Counted from the first letter of the stretch, positions 39,530 to 53,200 are shown. The stretch is DNA of 64,000 nt from Felis catus (GCF_018350175.1 NC_058369.1:6512001-6576000), one strand, 5' to 3'. Notes: a model not told the origin generated them from the sequence alone. A program made the numbers and translations.

Positions 39530-42190
39530 TTCTGTGAGGTGATGCCAGCAAAAATGGTGGGGTAGGGAACTCCACAAAAAGTAGCAAATAAAGGGGTAAA
39601 AACTGTTAGAATTAACTTTGATGGAACTCTGGGAAGTTATCAAAAGCTTCCAGCAATGAGGAGAATGCTTACTTAAGACAACACAGCTGAATCTGTAAGA
39701 GAGCCCTGTGGCCTTTGAGCTGACCCTCGCCCCATCTGCTTCCCCCCTCAGCAGCCACCTTAAAGACAATAAGCTGTGCTCCTAGTACTAATGGAAGGAG
39801 GACCAGGACAAATGTTATTTTGAGAGAACTTTGGTTGTCTATTTTGACCTTCCTGGTGGCTCCCAGAAGGACTGGCTCAGAGGGCTTGCCTTTATTTCGT
39901 CTAACTCCAAACTCTCCCAGAGTTAAAGTGCTATGGGGGTGGAGGGCTGGGGCATGTGCTGAATACATTTAAATGTATTAGCTACTGCTGCCTGGGGCAA
40001 AGGAAAATTGCCGAATAAGACTAACCAGAAAGTCTCAGAGGAAAAGTAGGGAACAAGATACTTTGGGGGAAAGGGGCTTTGACATGCTCCCATGTAGTCC
40101 TAGGAATGTGGAAGGCCATGTGCATACCCAGGGTTGAGTGTATGCTCAGAAAACATCTGAAAAGGTAGTAAACCTTCACCTTTGACTGGCCTTCAGGCTT
40201 TGTACAAGCAGGAAGTGAAGGCTAAGGCCAGGTTGTAACCTGATTTGTTTTTAAAGGCATGCTCCTACATACACTGAGACCGTGTGCAAACTGGGAGTTT
40301 GGGGTTCCAGGAATTTAAGGAAATCTCTGATAAAACACCAACTGACCATTAGCCTAACAAAATGGAGATTGCAGTGGCCACACATGGCAAATACAGACAT
40401 AACAAAATTAGTTCAGAAAATGTCACCAAACAACACCAACTACAACAAGTGACAACAACAAACCATGGGGATGCAGGAATCTCTGATTTACAGAATTGCC
40501 AGGACATTCCAAGTATAGAGTTTTCCACAATTTATGAGGCATGCAAAGAAACAAAAAAGCATGGTCCATTATAGGGAAAGGAAATTAATAGAAACTGTCC
40601 CTGAGGAAGAGACTCACTGTACAAAGATTTCAACTATTTTAAGCATGCACAAAGAGCTAAAGGAAACCGTGAGAACGGGTTCTCAAGAAATAGTGAAAGA
40701 AATTGTAAAAAGGAACCAAACAGAAATTATGGAGTTGAAAAGTACAATAAATTGAAATGAAATATTCACTACTGAAATTTATTGGCAGACTTGATCTGGT
40801 GGGAAAAAGAATCAGTGAACTTGAAGACAGATCAATTGAGATCGCCCAATTTGAAGCCCACAGAGGAAAAAAGAAAACAAAAATAGAGCAGAGCATAAGA
40901 AAACTGTGGGACAACATCCAACTTTCCAACATATGCATAATGGAGTTCTTGAAGGAGAGGACACAGAGAGAGGCAGAAACATTATTTTATAAAGCAAATG
41001 GCCAAAATATTCCCTGAACTGCAGAAAGTCATGAATCTACACACTGAAGAAACTTAACACCAAAGAGGATCAATTCAAAGGGACCAAACTGAGACACATT
41101 ATAATCAAACTGTTGAAAACTCAAGACTAAGAGAGTAGCCTGAAAGTACCAAGAGGATTTTTGGGTTTTCACATACATGGGATCATCTTTGATAAGATCA
41201 ACAGCTGATTTCTTGTCAGAAATTGTAGAGGCCGTAAAGCAATAGGATGACATATTCCAAGTGCTGAAAGAAAAAACCTGTCATCATTAATTCTATACAC
41301 AGCAAAACTATCCTTCAAGAATATGAAAAGACAATACACAGAAGGGGTGAAGATATTTGCAAACCAGGTATTTGATAAGGGTCTAGCATCCAGAATATAT
41401 CAGGAACTCTTAGAAGTCCACAATAAAAAGGCAAACGACCCCACCCTCCACTCTCCAGGATGGGCAAAGGACATGTATACAAATTTTTTCCAAAAAAGAT
41501 ATACAAATGGCTAACAAGCACATAAAAAGATGACCTGTGTCATTATTCTTTAGGGAAATGCAAATGAAAACCAAGCATTCCCACATTACTTGTGCACCTG
41601 TACCATGGAGAAAATGTTGGAAGCTCCTCAAAAAGCTAATCATAGAATGACCATATGACCCAGAAATTCCATTTCTAGGTATACACACAAGAGAACTGAA
41701 AACAAGTGTTCAAGCAAAAATGTACATGAATGTTCATAGCACAGCACTCTTCCCAATAGCCAAAAGGTGGCCGCAACACAAATGTCCATCGACTGATGAG
41801 TGGGGACACAAAAAGTGTCCACACACACAACGGAATGATGTTCAGCCAGAAAAAGGAATAACGTTCTGATACAAGCTACAACATGGCTGAACCCTGAAAA
41901 CATTCTGCTAAGCAAAAGAAGCCAGATCCAAAAGGCTATGGATTGTAGGATTCCATTTACATGCAATATCCAGAAGAGGTAAAACCATAGAGACAGAAAG
42001 CGGATCAGTGGTAGCCAGCGGCTGGAGTAGGTGGGAAAGGGAGTGGCCACTTAATGGTTACAGGGTTTATTTTGGTGCAATAAATGTTCTGGAGTTAGAG
42101 ATGGTTGCACAACACTGTGGCATTACCAAAAATCACTGAATTGTACACTAAAAACGTTTTCTGTTCTGTGAGTGTTACATGGATCCAAAA
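39530..42190 (+). mobile_element. Old L1M fragments (5'UTR/ORF1 remnant and 3' end) in ZNF intron
   Basis: ORF1-like KRISELEDRSIEIAQFE...LWDNIQ; ORF2-end-like GVKIFANQVFDKGLASRIYQEL; L1M-type 3'UTR. Confidence 0.75.
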
Positions 42191-42210
42191 AAAGACCTGT
42201 TATGGGACTA

Positions 42211-42390
<180 letters not shown>

Positions 42391-42990
42391 TTAGGCAAGG
42401 ACCATCCCCACCAAGTGGGCAGGAAAAGGGCAGAGGACGATGGGACCAGGGGCCGGGAACCCAAAGCACAGGATGTGCGGGCAGGGTTCTGAGCTCTGCT
42501 CTCAACCGCTTCTGGGCTCAGCCTGCGGTGCTCCTCCCTGTCTACTTATGCCCGCTCCCACGGTGAACGTGCCCCTAACACAGAGGTGATTCTCTTATTC
42601 CAGTGAGACTGTGAAATCCTGCAAGCTGATCTCCCTCCATCTGCAGGGCTGAGTAGAGGCCGGGGACATGGCAGAGATCAGAGAAACACCTGGTAAATGA
42701 ATGAGCGATTCCCCCACAGCTGTCACCAAGTACTTGAGTTTAGGACACAGTCAGGTCTTCCTTAGTTTCCCCTAAAAACCTCTCTGCAGAACGTGATGGA
42801 GACGGTGACCCTGGAGGAACCTTGGCAACGTAGAAAACGTTGACAAACTCGACATTGCCTGGGGGGCCCCTGACCCTCCATCAGATGCCCGGAGACCCGG
42901 GGCCCTCTGAACACCTGGTTTGGCCATGAGGCTCCGGGTCACTGGAGGAGAACAAATTCAGCTTCTGGTCAAAGGAATAATGACTTGGAT

Positions 42991-43209
42991 GGGGCGCCTG
43001 GGTGGCGCAGTTGGTTAAGGTCCGACTTCAGCCAGGTCACGATCTCGCGGTCCGTGAGTTCGAGCCCCGCGTCAGGCTCTGGGCTGATGGCTCGGAGCCT
43101 GGAGCCTGTTTCCGATTCTGTGTCTCCCTCTCTCTCTGCCCCTCCCCCGTTCATGCTCTGTCTCTCTCTGTCCCAAAAATAAATAAACGTTGAAAAAAAA
43201 AAAAAAAAA
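42991..43209 (+). mobile_element. Young CAN-SINE close to ZNF coding exon 2 donor
   Basis: TSD aaaggaataatgacttgga. Confidence 0.92.
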
Positions 43210-43247
43210 AAAGGAATAATGACTTGGAAAAAAGAGTAGTGACTCAC

Positions 43248-43336
43248 CGGTAACCAGCCGGTCAGGAAGCCCTTAGCCAACCCTTCCTCCTCCGTGCGTC
43301 TGTTCCGAGGAGAGGCTGAGTACAGGGAAGGCTGAG
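43248..43336 (-). CDS. ZNF557: KRAB-ZNF N-terminal coding exon 2
   Basis: ttcttctccag acceptor, CCG|gtgagt donor; 89 bp; AQPSLYSASPRNRRTEEEGLAKGFLTGWLP. Confidence 0.85.
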
Positions 43337-43486
43337 CTGGAGAAGAAGAAATGAGTCAGGAGAGCCCAGGACGGCTCTGTATGCCAGCACTCACCAGTCT
43401 GGGGGCTTCCCCACCTACCTGCACATGACCACACCCGGACACGCACACGCATGGCCACACCCATGACCACCCCACACAGTGTGGGT

Positions 43487-43520
<34 letters not shown>

Positions 43521-43907
43521 CTTTCAGAGGACACGTGTCAGAGTGGCCCGGTCTCACCCAGGACCCAGGGCCAGGAAATAGGGCCAAGGGTCTTACTGAC
43601 CTGGAGGAAGAGATTATTAGTCCCATTTCACAGATGAAGAAACTGAAGTTCAAGGGACACCACTGTTATTTTTCCAAGTTTATAGAAAGAATCAGAGATA
43701 TGGTTCAGAGGCTCTCCCATACTCACCACACAGGTGACATCTCCACAGACACTCAAACCACCAAAATCCCAAATCCCAAGAACCACATCGGGGACCGGTG
43801 ACTCCCGGGCATCTGGCTCCACTCCGGCCTCACCGCTCGGCCCCTCCTTTCCCGCTCCGTGGTGCAGGGGCCTTTACCGCCTGGACTCTGAGGGCCCCCC
43901 GACTTAC

Positions 43908-43938
43908 CACAAGTGGGGGGCAGAACCACGGCCGCCAT
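43908..43938 (-). CDS. ZNF557: KRAB-ZNF first coding exon (ATG at 43938; exon including 5'UTR spans 43908-44030)
   Basis: AGGATGG Kozak context; MAAVVLPPTC then G|gtaagt; six exons total 1203 nt = 400 aa + stop. Confidence 0.88.
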
Positions 43939-44589
43939 CCTGTGACTCAGACAGGAATTTCCCCAGACAATGGGAGCAGAAGAACCCGGACGCTCCTCCT
44001 CTGGTCGGCACAGCGCGCTCAGGCCGAGCCCTGGTGGAAACGGGACAACAGAAGCCTTCACAGCCTCCCTCCCACCGCGGGCTTCCGCGGACCAACCCAT
44101 CTTAGCCTGCCCGTTGTGTCCTCCTTCAACATGCAGGTGGGGTCCCCAGTATTGGGTCTTTACTTAGCAGGTGATGAACCAGGCCTGGCGAAGCCAGAGC
44201 TCGTCCTCTTGGGTCCTAACGGTTTGACCGGGACACGCCTCCGCCACCCCACCTAAATCCCCAGCTTCCCTGAGTCTCAGGGCACATTCTTCCCATGCAG
44301 GTGGCTGTCACAAACACATTCCCAGGTCCGACCCTTTGGTTACTGGAGATGATGACGGCTGATACTAGTCTTTGCCTCCCCCAGCCCCACCGCCCTCAGA
44401 TGACGGGTGACGTCAGAGTGCGTGAGGACGACCCTCGGTGTTACGAGTTTGTCCCCTTCCACCTGGGGCGCCACCCTAGACCCTGTCATCACCTGACACT
44501 ATTCTGCCACCTAAAACAATAGCTGAGAAAGGTCTCTCTGAATCCAGCCTCCCAAATGTTGTCCTTGTTCATGTTTTCTTTCCCTACAT

Positions 44590-45754
44590 GTGTTTTTTTT
44601 GTTGTTGTTTTTGTTTTGTTTTTTTTAGAGAGAGAGAGAAAGAGGGCAAGTGTGAGTTGGGGGCAGGAGTGCAGAGGGAGACAGAGAATCTCAAGCAGGA
44701 TCCACACCCAGCCCACTGCGGGCCTGGAACCCACAAACCACGAGATCATGACCTGAGCTGAAACCAAGACTCAGGTGCTTAACTGACTGAGCCACCTAGT
44801 CACCCCTAGAAAGTTCCTTTTTATAAAAAGGGAAAGGCCAGGAAAGATACATATCCACCCCCACATCGGGCTCTATGTTGACAGCTCAGAGCCTGAAGCC
44901 TGTTTCAGATTCTGTGTCTCCCTCTCTCTGCCCCTCTCCTGCTCATGTGTGCTCTCTCTCAAAAATCAATAAATGTTAAAAAAAAAAAATTTTTAAACAC
45001 CCCACACAATTGCAATCCTCAAAACTGAAAACAAATAATGAAACAAACCTAACTGCATATCAAGTTGGAAGCACGACCATACAGAGTCTGGAAAACCATG
45101 AGTCAAGCCTTTACATGACTTTAAAACGAAGTATATCGTCAATTCTGCCCGTTTCCTACTACTGGTGGACATTTGAGTTGCTTCACATCTTTTGCTGTTG
45201 GAAATAATGCTCCCATGAGTAACCGCACGTGTACATATTGTTTTGCATGTTGGGAGGTTTACATTCAGAGTGTTTTTCCAGAGACATGGACAGCAATGCT
45301 TCCGAGTGTCAGTTTTTACATACTGTGAAGGAGAATACCATTAAGTAGATAAATCAATGTTGTTAGGAGTCAATATTTTTTGTATAACATATAAAAGATC
45401 AATATAAAATCAAAGAAGTTAAGGGGAAAAAAAACCACTGCAAAATTAAATTAAATTAGAAATGTCATGTTAAACTCATGATTTAAAAAACATGTATGTC
45501 TTGGGCACTGGCTGGCCCAGTTGGTGGAGTGTGCCACTCTTGATCTCCAGGTTGTAAGTTCAAGCTCCATGTTTGGCGTAGAGATTACTTAAAAATAAAA
45601 TCTTAAAAACAAACAAACAAACCAACCAACCCCAATACACATATATTTCCTAGTTATATCCAGAGAAAGGTCCTAGAAGTAATGCTACTCCAGCAGCACT
45701 TAGCACATCCAGGGTCTAGATCTTGGTTTTTATTTATTTTTAATTTTTTAAAGT

Positions 45755-45795
<41 letters not shown>

Positions 45796-47050
45796 ACGTT
45801 TATTTATTTTTGAGACAGAGACAGACAGAGCATGAACGGGGGAGGGTCAGAGAGAGGGAGACAGAATCTGAAGCAGGCTCCAGGCTCTGAGCTGTCAGCA
45901 CAAAGCCCGATGCGGGGCTCCAACTCACAGACCGCGAGATCATGACCTGAGCCGAAGTCGGCCGCCTAACCGACTGAGCCACCCAGGCGCCCCAAAGTTT
46001 ATTTATTTTTGACAGAGAGACAGAGCATGAGTGGGGGAAGGGCAGAGAGAGACACACACAGAATCGGAAACAGGCTCCAGGCTCTGAGCTGTCAGCACAG
46101 AGCCCGACGCGGGCCTCAAACTCACGAACCGTGAGATCATGACCTGAGCTGAAGTCAGACGTTTAAACTGACTGAGCCGCTTAGGTGCCCCTAGATCTTG
46201 GTTTTTAATATGATTCACCATGATAAGGAGCAAAGTATGCAGTAATAATGGAAAATCTCCAGTTTATGTTAAGGGGAAAAAAAAGCAAGATAAAGAAAAA
46301 TGCATATAGTACTACAATGTTTTGTGGAGGCAAAGTGGAAACAAGAATATATTTGCTTGTATTTACTTAATTAAAACCTGGAAGGATAAGAATGCATGAT
46401 AAACCATGAAAAGTAATTACCAGGGCGCCTGGGGAGCTCAGTTGGTTGAGCAGCCCACTCTTGATTTTAGCTCAGGTCATGATCCCAAGGTTTTGGAACC
46501 GAGCCCCACATCAGGCTCTGCTCTGAGTGTTGAACCTGCTTGGGATTTTTCTCCCTCCCTCCCTCTCTCCCTCTCTCTCTTACTCTAAAAAAAAAAAAAA
46601 AACAAACAAAAACAAAAAAAACCAAAAAAAACAACCAAACTAAAAAAAAGTAATTACCTGTAAGTCGTTCAGGGAAGAATAGGATTTTAGAACACGTAAG
46701 GACAAGATTTTATAATATATACTTTTTCATGTCGTCTTGGTTTTGCAAAGATGCAAAGAAAATGCAAAGAAAAATTTTAATGAGAATTTTAAACATTTGA
46801 GTATTTTATAAGAAAATCGAGTAATTTAGGGGCGCCTGGGTGGCTCGGTCGGTTGAGCTTCCGACTTGGTTTCAGGTCATGATCTCACAGTTTGGGAGTT
46901 CAAGCCCTGGGTCAGGCTCTGTGCTGACAGCTCAGAGCCTGGAGCCTGCTCCACATTGTGTCTACCCGTCTCTCTGCCCCTCCCCTACTCATACTCTGTC
47001 TCTCAATAATAAATAAACGTTAAAAATTTTTTTTAATTAAAAAAAAGAAA
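44590..47050. mobile_element. SINE cluster in ZNF 5' intron (44590-44805 -, 44860-44995 +, short tRNA-like 45500-45610 +, nested pair 45730-46191 -, 46422-46650 +, 46828-47050 +)
   Basis: CAN-SINE consensus pieces; TSD ctagatcttggttttt around the nested pair. Confidence 0.85.
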
Positions 47051-47181
47051 GAAAATCAAGTAATTTAATTTTTAAGCTTCACTCTTAAGAGACTCCTGGT
47101 GTTTACAGCTTGAGCACAGGAAGGGTCCTGCCCAGTGGAGGCTGCCGAGGCCTATTATTACCAGTTCCACAGGGTACTCAC

Positions 47182-47273
47182 CTGATCACACAGAAATCCA
47201 CGGATCCCTGAGGGCAGGTGAACCTTGAGGCTGGTGTCCATACAAACTTGAAATGGAGAGATGCTTTTCTTGC
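47182..47273 (-). other. Putative non-coding 5'UTR exon of the ZNF gene
   Basis: Long T-run+ccag acceptor and CAG|gtgagt donor, 92 bp, between the CpG island and first coding exon. Confidence 0.6.
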
Positions 47274-47619
47274 CTGGAAAAAAAAAAAAAGGCACAAAGA
47301 TTGCTTTTGAGGCATTTTTATAGGAAGTAATAGTTGTTGGATAGAAAGGCCGCCCATTCACAATTCATTTTTTTTTTCTTTTTTAACTGATTTAAGATGT
47401 AACGAGGGTCCCAAGGGTCCCAGCCTGTTGGCGGGGACTGAATGTGCCCGATTCCCATCCAGCATCTGCTCCCGAATGGGAGGAAGCAGCCTTGCTCAAC
47501 TCATTCCGCAGGATTAAGCTTCTGGGGCTCGTCACTTAGGGATCCCTCGGATGAGTGACTCAGCTGGCTCTGAAACTATTTCCACAGTGGATTCGGGACT
47601 TCAGGGATTTTAAGGTCCT

Positions 47620-48260
47620 AGATGGAGCAGGGCTGGGGCCGGTTAAGTTTCCGTAGTGGGGGGCGGTCCCGTGCATTGGAGGGCGGTGAGCAGCAACCCC
47701 GGCCCGTACCCTCTAGATGCCGTACGTGACAATCACACAGTCCCCAGACATGGCCGGAAGTCCGGGGTAGAGTGGTAGAGTGGCCCGCAGGGGAGGTGAC
47801 AGGACCGTGCTTTCGGAGTAGGGGACGGCGGTGTCCGGAGCTAGAGGCTGACCTGAGGAACAGCCTGAGGCCCCAGGGAAGGACTGGGGCTCGCGTGAGG
47901 GACAGGGGGATGTCGGCGTGACCCGGGGCTGCCCGAGGTCCAGCCCCTCCCTCCTGGATCGGACCCAAGATCTCCGCGGCGCATCGAGTCCCGCTCCTCA
48001 AGCGGGTTCCGGCGCGCACCGGCCGGGAAGACCGGACTCGCAGCCCTGGTGCCAGACCCGCGGCTGCTCCCCGGCCGCACTTCCGCTTCCGGCCTCGGGA
48101 TAGCGGCGGGAGACCCGGGCGTTCGGGGTCTCCGGGCGGTGGGCTGTGGCGGCGAGGAGGGAACAGGGCCGGGATGGGCGGAGGCGGGGAGCGAGGAGCG
48201 AGGTAAAGGGGAGGGCTGCGGCGGGGGCGGGGTAAGGGGGAGTGGTTAAGGGGTGAGCTG
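47620..48260 (-). promoter_or_regulatory. CpG-island promoter and putative first exon (~47853-48070) of the ZNF gene
   Basis: Dense CpG; tandem ETS motif CCGGAAGCGGAAGTG (48078-48092, - strand); GC boxes; candidate donor CAG|gtcagc at 47853. Confidence 0.75.
47625..47790. mobile_element. MER20-like hAT element at the edge of the CpG island
   Basis: gtcccgtgcattggagggcggtgagcagcaaccccggccc...ctagatgcc...gtgacaatc...ccagacat follows the recalled MER20 consensus. Confidence 0.6.
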
Positions 48261-48880
48261 CGGTGGGGTGTGGCAAGGGGGCAGGGCGAAGGGATGCGCT
48301 GCGGTGGGGGCGTGGTTAGGGGCGTGGTTAGGGTGGGCTGTGTCAGGGAGGGGTTGGGGGCGGGGTGAAGGGGTGGTCTGAGGCGGGGACGGGGTAGGAG
48401 GTGTGGTTAAGAGGTGGGGGCGGGGTAAGGGGTGGGCTGTGGTAGGGAGGGGTTGGGGGAGGGGTTGGGGCGTGGTTAAAGGGTGGCCTGCGGCGGAGGC
48501 GGGGTTGGGGCGGGTTGAAGGCGAGGACTTCGGCGGGGACGGAATAGGAGGTGTGGTTAAGGGGGTAGGGGTTGGGGGGCGGGGTAGGCTGTGGCAGGGA
48601 GGGGTTTGGGGGCGGGGTTAAGGGGTGGGCGGTGGCGGGGATGGGACGGGTTGCAGGGGAGGACTTGGGCGGGGACGTGGCTAAGGGGGGCGGGGTTGGG
48701 TCCGGTTGAAGGGGAGGACTGGCGGGGACGGGGTAGGAGGTGTGGTTAAGGGGGGAGAGGGCGGGGTTCGGGCGGGTTGAAGGGGAGGGCTTCGGCAGGG
48801 ATGGGTAGGAGGCGTGGTTAAGGGGTGGGCGGGTTCGGGGAAGGGGTGAAGGGGTGGGCTGCGGCGGGGGCGGGAGGGAG
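48220..48880. repeat. G-rich degenerate minisatellite (core GTGGTTAAGGGG plus GGGGCGGGG boxes)
   Basis: About 9-10 recurrences of the core at ~60-90 bp spacing; extreme G skew. Confidence 0.75.
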
Positions 48881-49175
48881 CCGGGCCTCAGGCAGAGGTG
48901 CTTTAGTTTGCTTAGTTGACAAAGAAAGATGACTTTTTTGACAAATCAAAGTCCGTGAGAGGACTATGGAAAAAGTGATTTACCGAAGCATTCTCTAACT
49001 TTTGTTATTGGAGAAAAAAAATCCAATGAAAATAACCAATTGAGGGAGGAATACAGTGGGTGCAGAGACAATCCTCGTATCTTAGTATGTGGTCAAGTTA
49101 GCATTTCAAATGAGCTGGAAAATGATGACTTAATAATGATTTGAGGGGAATATAGTACACATTTAAAAATTAACT

Positions 49176-50160
49176 GGGGGCGCCTGGGTGGCTCCGTCGT
49201 TTGAGCCTCCGACTTAGGCTCAGGTCATGATCTCCCGGTTAGTGGGTTTGAGCCCCACGTGGGGCTCTGCGCTGACAGCTCAGAGCCCAGAGGCTGCTTC
49301 AGATTCTGTGTTCTGCTCTCTCTCTGCCCCACCCCCGCTTGTGGTCTGTCTCTCTCTGTCTTTCAAAAATGAGTAAACATAAAAAATTGTTTTTAAATAA
49401 AAAGCAAAAATTAACTGAAGTATTCAGGAAAAAGTTCCAACTATATTCGAAAGGTAAAATTAAAAACTCTAAAAGTCAGAAGAAAACATGGAGGAACTTG
49501 TGTATAACCTAGGTATTTTACCTAAATATGAATCTTTATAGTAACTGTCACTTGGTGAAAAAAAAAAACAGAGAAGGTACAATGGAAGATGACCTGAATA
49601 TTTCTAAATTATGAAATGAGTTTTCCAGGCTAAAGAGGTGGCAGAAGACAGAGAATGTGCTTACTGTATATGTAATAGTGGAAGAAATAGCTAGATTCAA
49701 CGGCAAAAACTTTGAGGATAGCCGTTAATCCAAAGTAGGACTCCCGTTTGTGAGCTTTGATGGCTGAGGGAGGTATACATAGGGACTCTTAAAAACAGAG
49801 GAGATAACTCCTTGATAAATAGATTAAAGAGATAAAGATAATAGTTTTGTAACTTCTGAATGAAAAACCAGAGTGGTTTATTGTTTAAAGACCTAAAAAT
49901 ATGTTGTGGAGACTTAGGAGATAAAACCTAAGAAAGCCTGTTTCTCCTAGGACCTATTTTATTCCTTAAACCTTTTGAAGAGTGCTTGGTGGATCTTAGG
50001 AGAACGATGTAGCACTTTGGGCAAAGATGCCACCTACTAATCTACCACTTGAAACCAAGATGGAGACCATGACCTTGCCCTTGGTGCTGTAGTAGACAGG
50101 GAGGAGCGTGGCCCAGACACTGCAGAACACTTCTCTCTTCTAGCCTTCACGTCCAACCCC

Positions 50161-50206
<46 letters not shown>

Positions 50207-53200
50207 AGCACTACCACCACAAATATACCTTCAGCAAAAGCATCATCAACACCAATGCCTACAACAGGGGTGCATGGATTACTCAGATGGACAACACATG
50301 TCCTGCAGTTTAGGAGAATAAAAGAAGACGACAGGCTTCCTAACAACTGTCTTTTTTTTTTTTTTAATTTTTTTTTTCAACGTTTATTTATTTTTGGGAC
50401 AGAGAGAGACAGAGCATGAACGGGGGAGGGGCAGAGAGAGAGGGAGACACAGAATCGGAAACAGGCTCCAGGCTCTGAGCCATCAGCCCAGAGCCCGATG
50501 CGGGGCTCGAACTCACGGACTGCTAGATCGTGACCTGCCTGAAGTCGGATGCTTAACCGACTGCGCCACCCAGGCGCCCCACAACTGTCTTTTAGGATCA
50601 GTATTTTATCTGTAGGTTTGAACTACATATTAGACTCTTTTTCTTTTTTTTTTTTTAATTTTTTTAAATGTTTTATTTATTTTTGACAGAAAGAGAGACA
50701 GAGCATGAGCAGGGGAGGGGCAGAGAGAGAGGGAGACCCAGAATCCGAAGCAGACTCCAGGCTCTGAGCTGTCAGCACAGAGCTGGACATGCGGGGCTCA
50801 AACCCATGAACCATGAGATCATGACCTGAGCCGAAGTCGGATGCTCAACCAACTGAGCCACCCAGGCGCCCCTAGACTCTTTTTCTGTTAGAGGAGAGAA
50901 TAAGCTAGACTCCGGAAAAACAAGACTCTACTTGTACCCATAGTTTTAAAGCTGTTATTTGACAGAAGTCAGGACACGCGTGGTCCTTTCTTTATCTCTC
51001 CCTCATGTTTTATCAGGAATGTCAAGGTTTATGATCTAGTTATAGAAAGCGATACACAATTTTCCTCATCACAAAGATTATGTGATCATTCTACTAGAAA
51101 AGCAGATAAACAAGGAAAGAAAAAAAAAAGAAAACGAAGTCAACTATAAGTTACTTCATCTCTGAGAGATATTCACTATTGACATTATGGTGCATCTTCT
51201 AGCCAATTTTCCTGTTATGTATATAAGCAGACATTATCTCACATTGATATTGCATAACAACTAAACTTAGTTTTTGCTCACAGATAGACTCTGAACTTGT
51301 CCCCATATTCATAAATATGTAATTTTTCAAAGTTTGTTTGAGATAGAGAGGGGGGGGGGGAGGGAGGGAGGATCCCAAGCAGGATCCATACTGTCAGCTC
51401 GGACAGAGCTTGATCAGGGGCTGGAATCCACAGAACTATGAGATCATGACCCGAACTGAAACCAGGAATCGGATGCTTAACTGACTCAGCCACCCAGGCA
51501 CCCATAAATATGTAATTTCTAATGTCTGGAATCCTTTGAGTTTATCATGGTTACTTTAACCAGCATCCTATCAATAGTTGGGGTTTTGGAAATTTTTCAG
51601 TATTATACATAGGTTGTAATGAACATCAGTGTGCTTCCATTTCTGCTCATTTGTTGGATTATTTTCTTTGGACAAACCCCTAGGAGAGGAATTCCTTGAT
51701 AGAGGGTATGCTTAGTTTAAGACTTCTGATAAATATATTTCTAAAATTGTCTTCCAAAATTACTGTTTAAATCTAGATTCCCATCAGGAATGAAAATTAG
51801 TGAACCCGTCCCCATACTTTCTTCACCAAGGGGTATTATCACTATTTTTAATATTTGCAAATGGTTGAAGGTATTTCTTCAAGGATAAATGTATTTTAAT
51901 ATATTCACAGGTGAGTTATATTTCCTGTCTGTCCATTCTTTGGGAGACTTTAACTCATCCTTATTAATTTGTAAGTGTCCAAAAAAACACATCAAAGTTA
52001 TTAATCCTTGCATTTCATGTTTACCAGAAGATTTTTAGCCAAGATGTCATTTGCCTATTAATTTTGTCATGGGATTTTCTGGCAAAGGAAGTCATTAGAT
52101 CTTATGGAATCAAATTTTGCCTATATTTGCCTCAATGGCTTATGGATTTCATGTCAAATTTAGATCTTATAAAACCCACGACTATCTAAAGAATCACTTT
52201 TGGAATACCTGGGTGGCTCAGTTGGTTGGGCGTCCAACTTTGGCTCAGGTCAGGATTTTATCGTGAGTTCGAGCCCCGCATCGGGCTCTGTGCTGACAGC
52301 TCAGAGCCTGGAGCCTGTTTCGGGTTCTGTGTCTGCCCCTTCCCTGCTCACGCTCTCTCTCAAAATAAACATTAAAATAATAATAATAATAAAGAATTAC
52401 TTTATTGTGGATCACTGTATTGTGGATACATTTCTTAGATTTGAGTTTGTAATTTATCTGGAGTAGAGATGTAATTTCAACAGGTTAGTATTCTGACAGG
52501 AAAGTGCCATTATATAAATTATGCTAGGGAAATGATCTACACAAAAGAAGATGAACCCAGAGGGTAATTGGAATCATAAGCAAATATCACAAAATATGTG
52601 TCAGATTACAGGTAACTTGTGCCCTGAATTAAATGAGAAACAAAGTGGTTCAGTGACAACAAAATAGCAAAGAAAAAGTACTCAAGAAAGTATGAAGAAA
52701 TTGAGAAAAACCCATGCTAATCCAACCATTCAAAGTTAAGTCATTTGAGACCATTTTTGCAGTGTGCGTTTATTATATTTCTAAATGCACACATATTTTC
52801 AAGTATTCATTTTTCAATGAAAATTCATATTTTCAATATATTTTGTAGTGGATATCCACAATCACAGGATTAAGTTAGAAATTTAGGGAACTGCTGATAA
52901 AAATAGGATAGCAAATCTCCAGACCTGGAGGGTAACTAGGGGCCACCTGGAGTCATTAACTCATCAGATGAAGAAATGAGTCTTCAGAGATGAACGGTTT
53001 CAACTAATTAAGGTTACTGTGTGTTCCTTTTTCTTCCTTCTTTCTTTTAAAAACATTTTTTAATGTTTATTTATTTTTGAGAGAGATGAGAGAGAGACAG
53101 AGCGTGAGCAGGGGAGAGGCAGAGAGAGAGGGAGACACAGAGTCCGAAGGAGGCTCCAGGCTCCGAGCTGTCAGCACAGAGCCCAACGCGGGGCAGGAAC

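Noticed and set aside
45500..45610. tRNA-like sequence with A/B boxes
   Set aside because: Diverged and followed by an A-rich tail: a short tRNA-derived SINE, not a tRNA gene.
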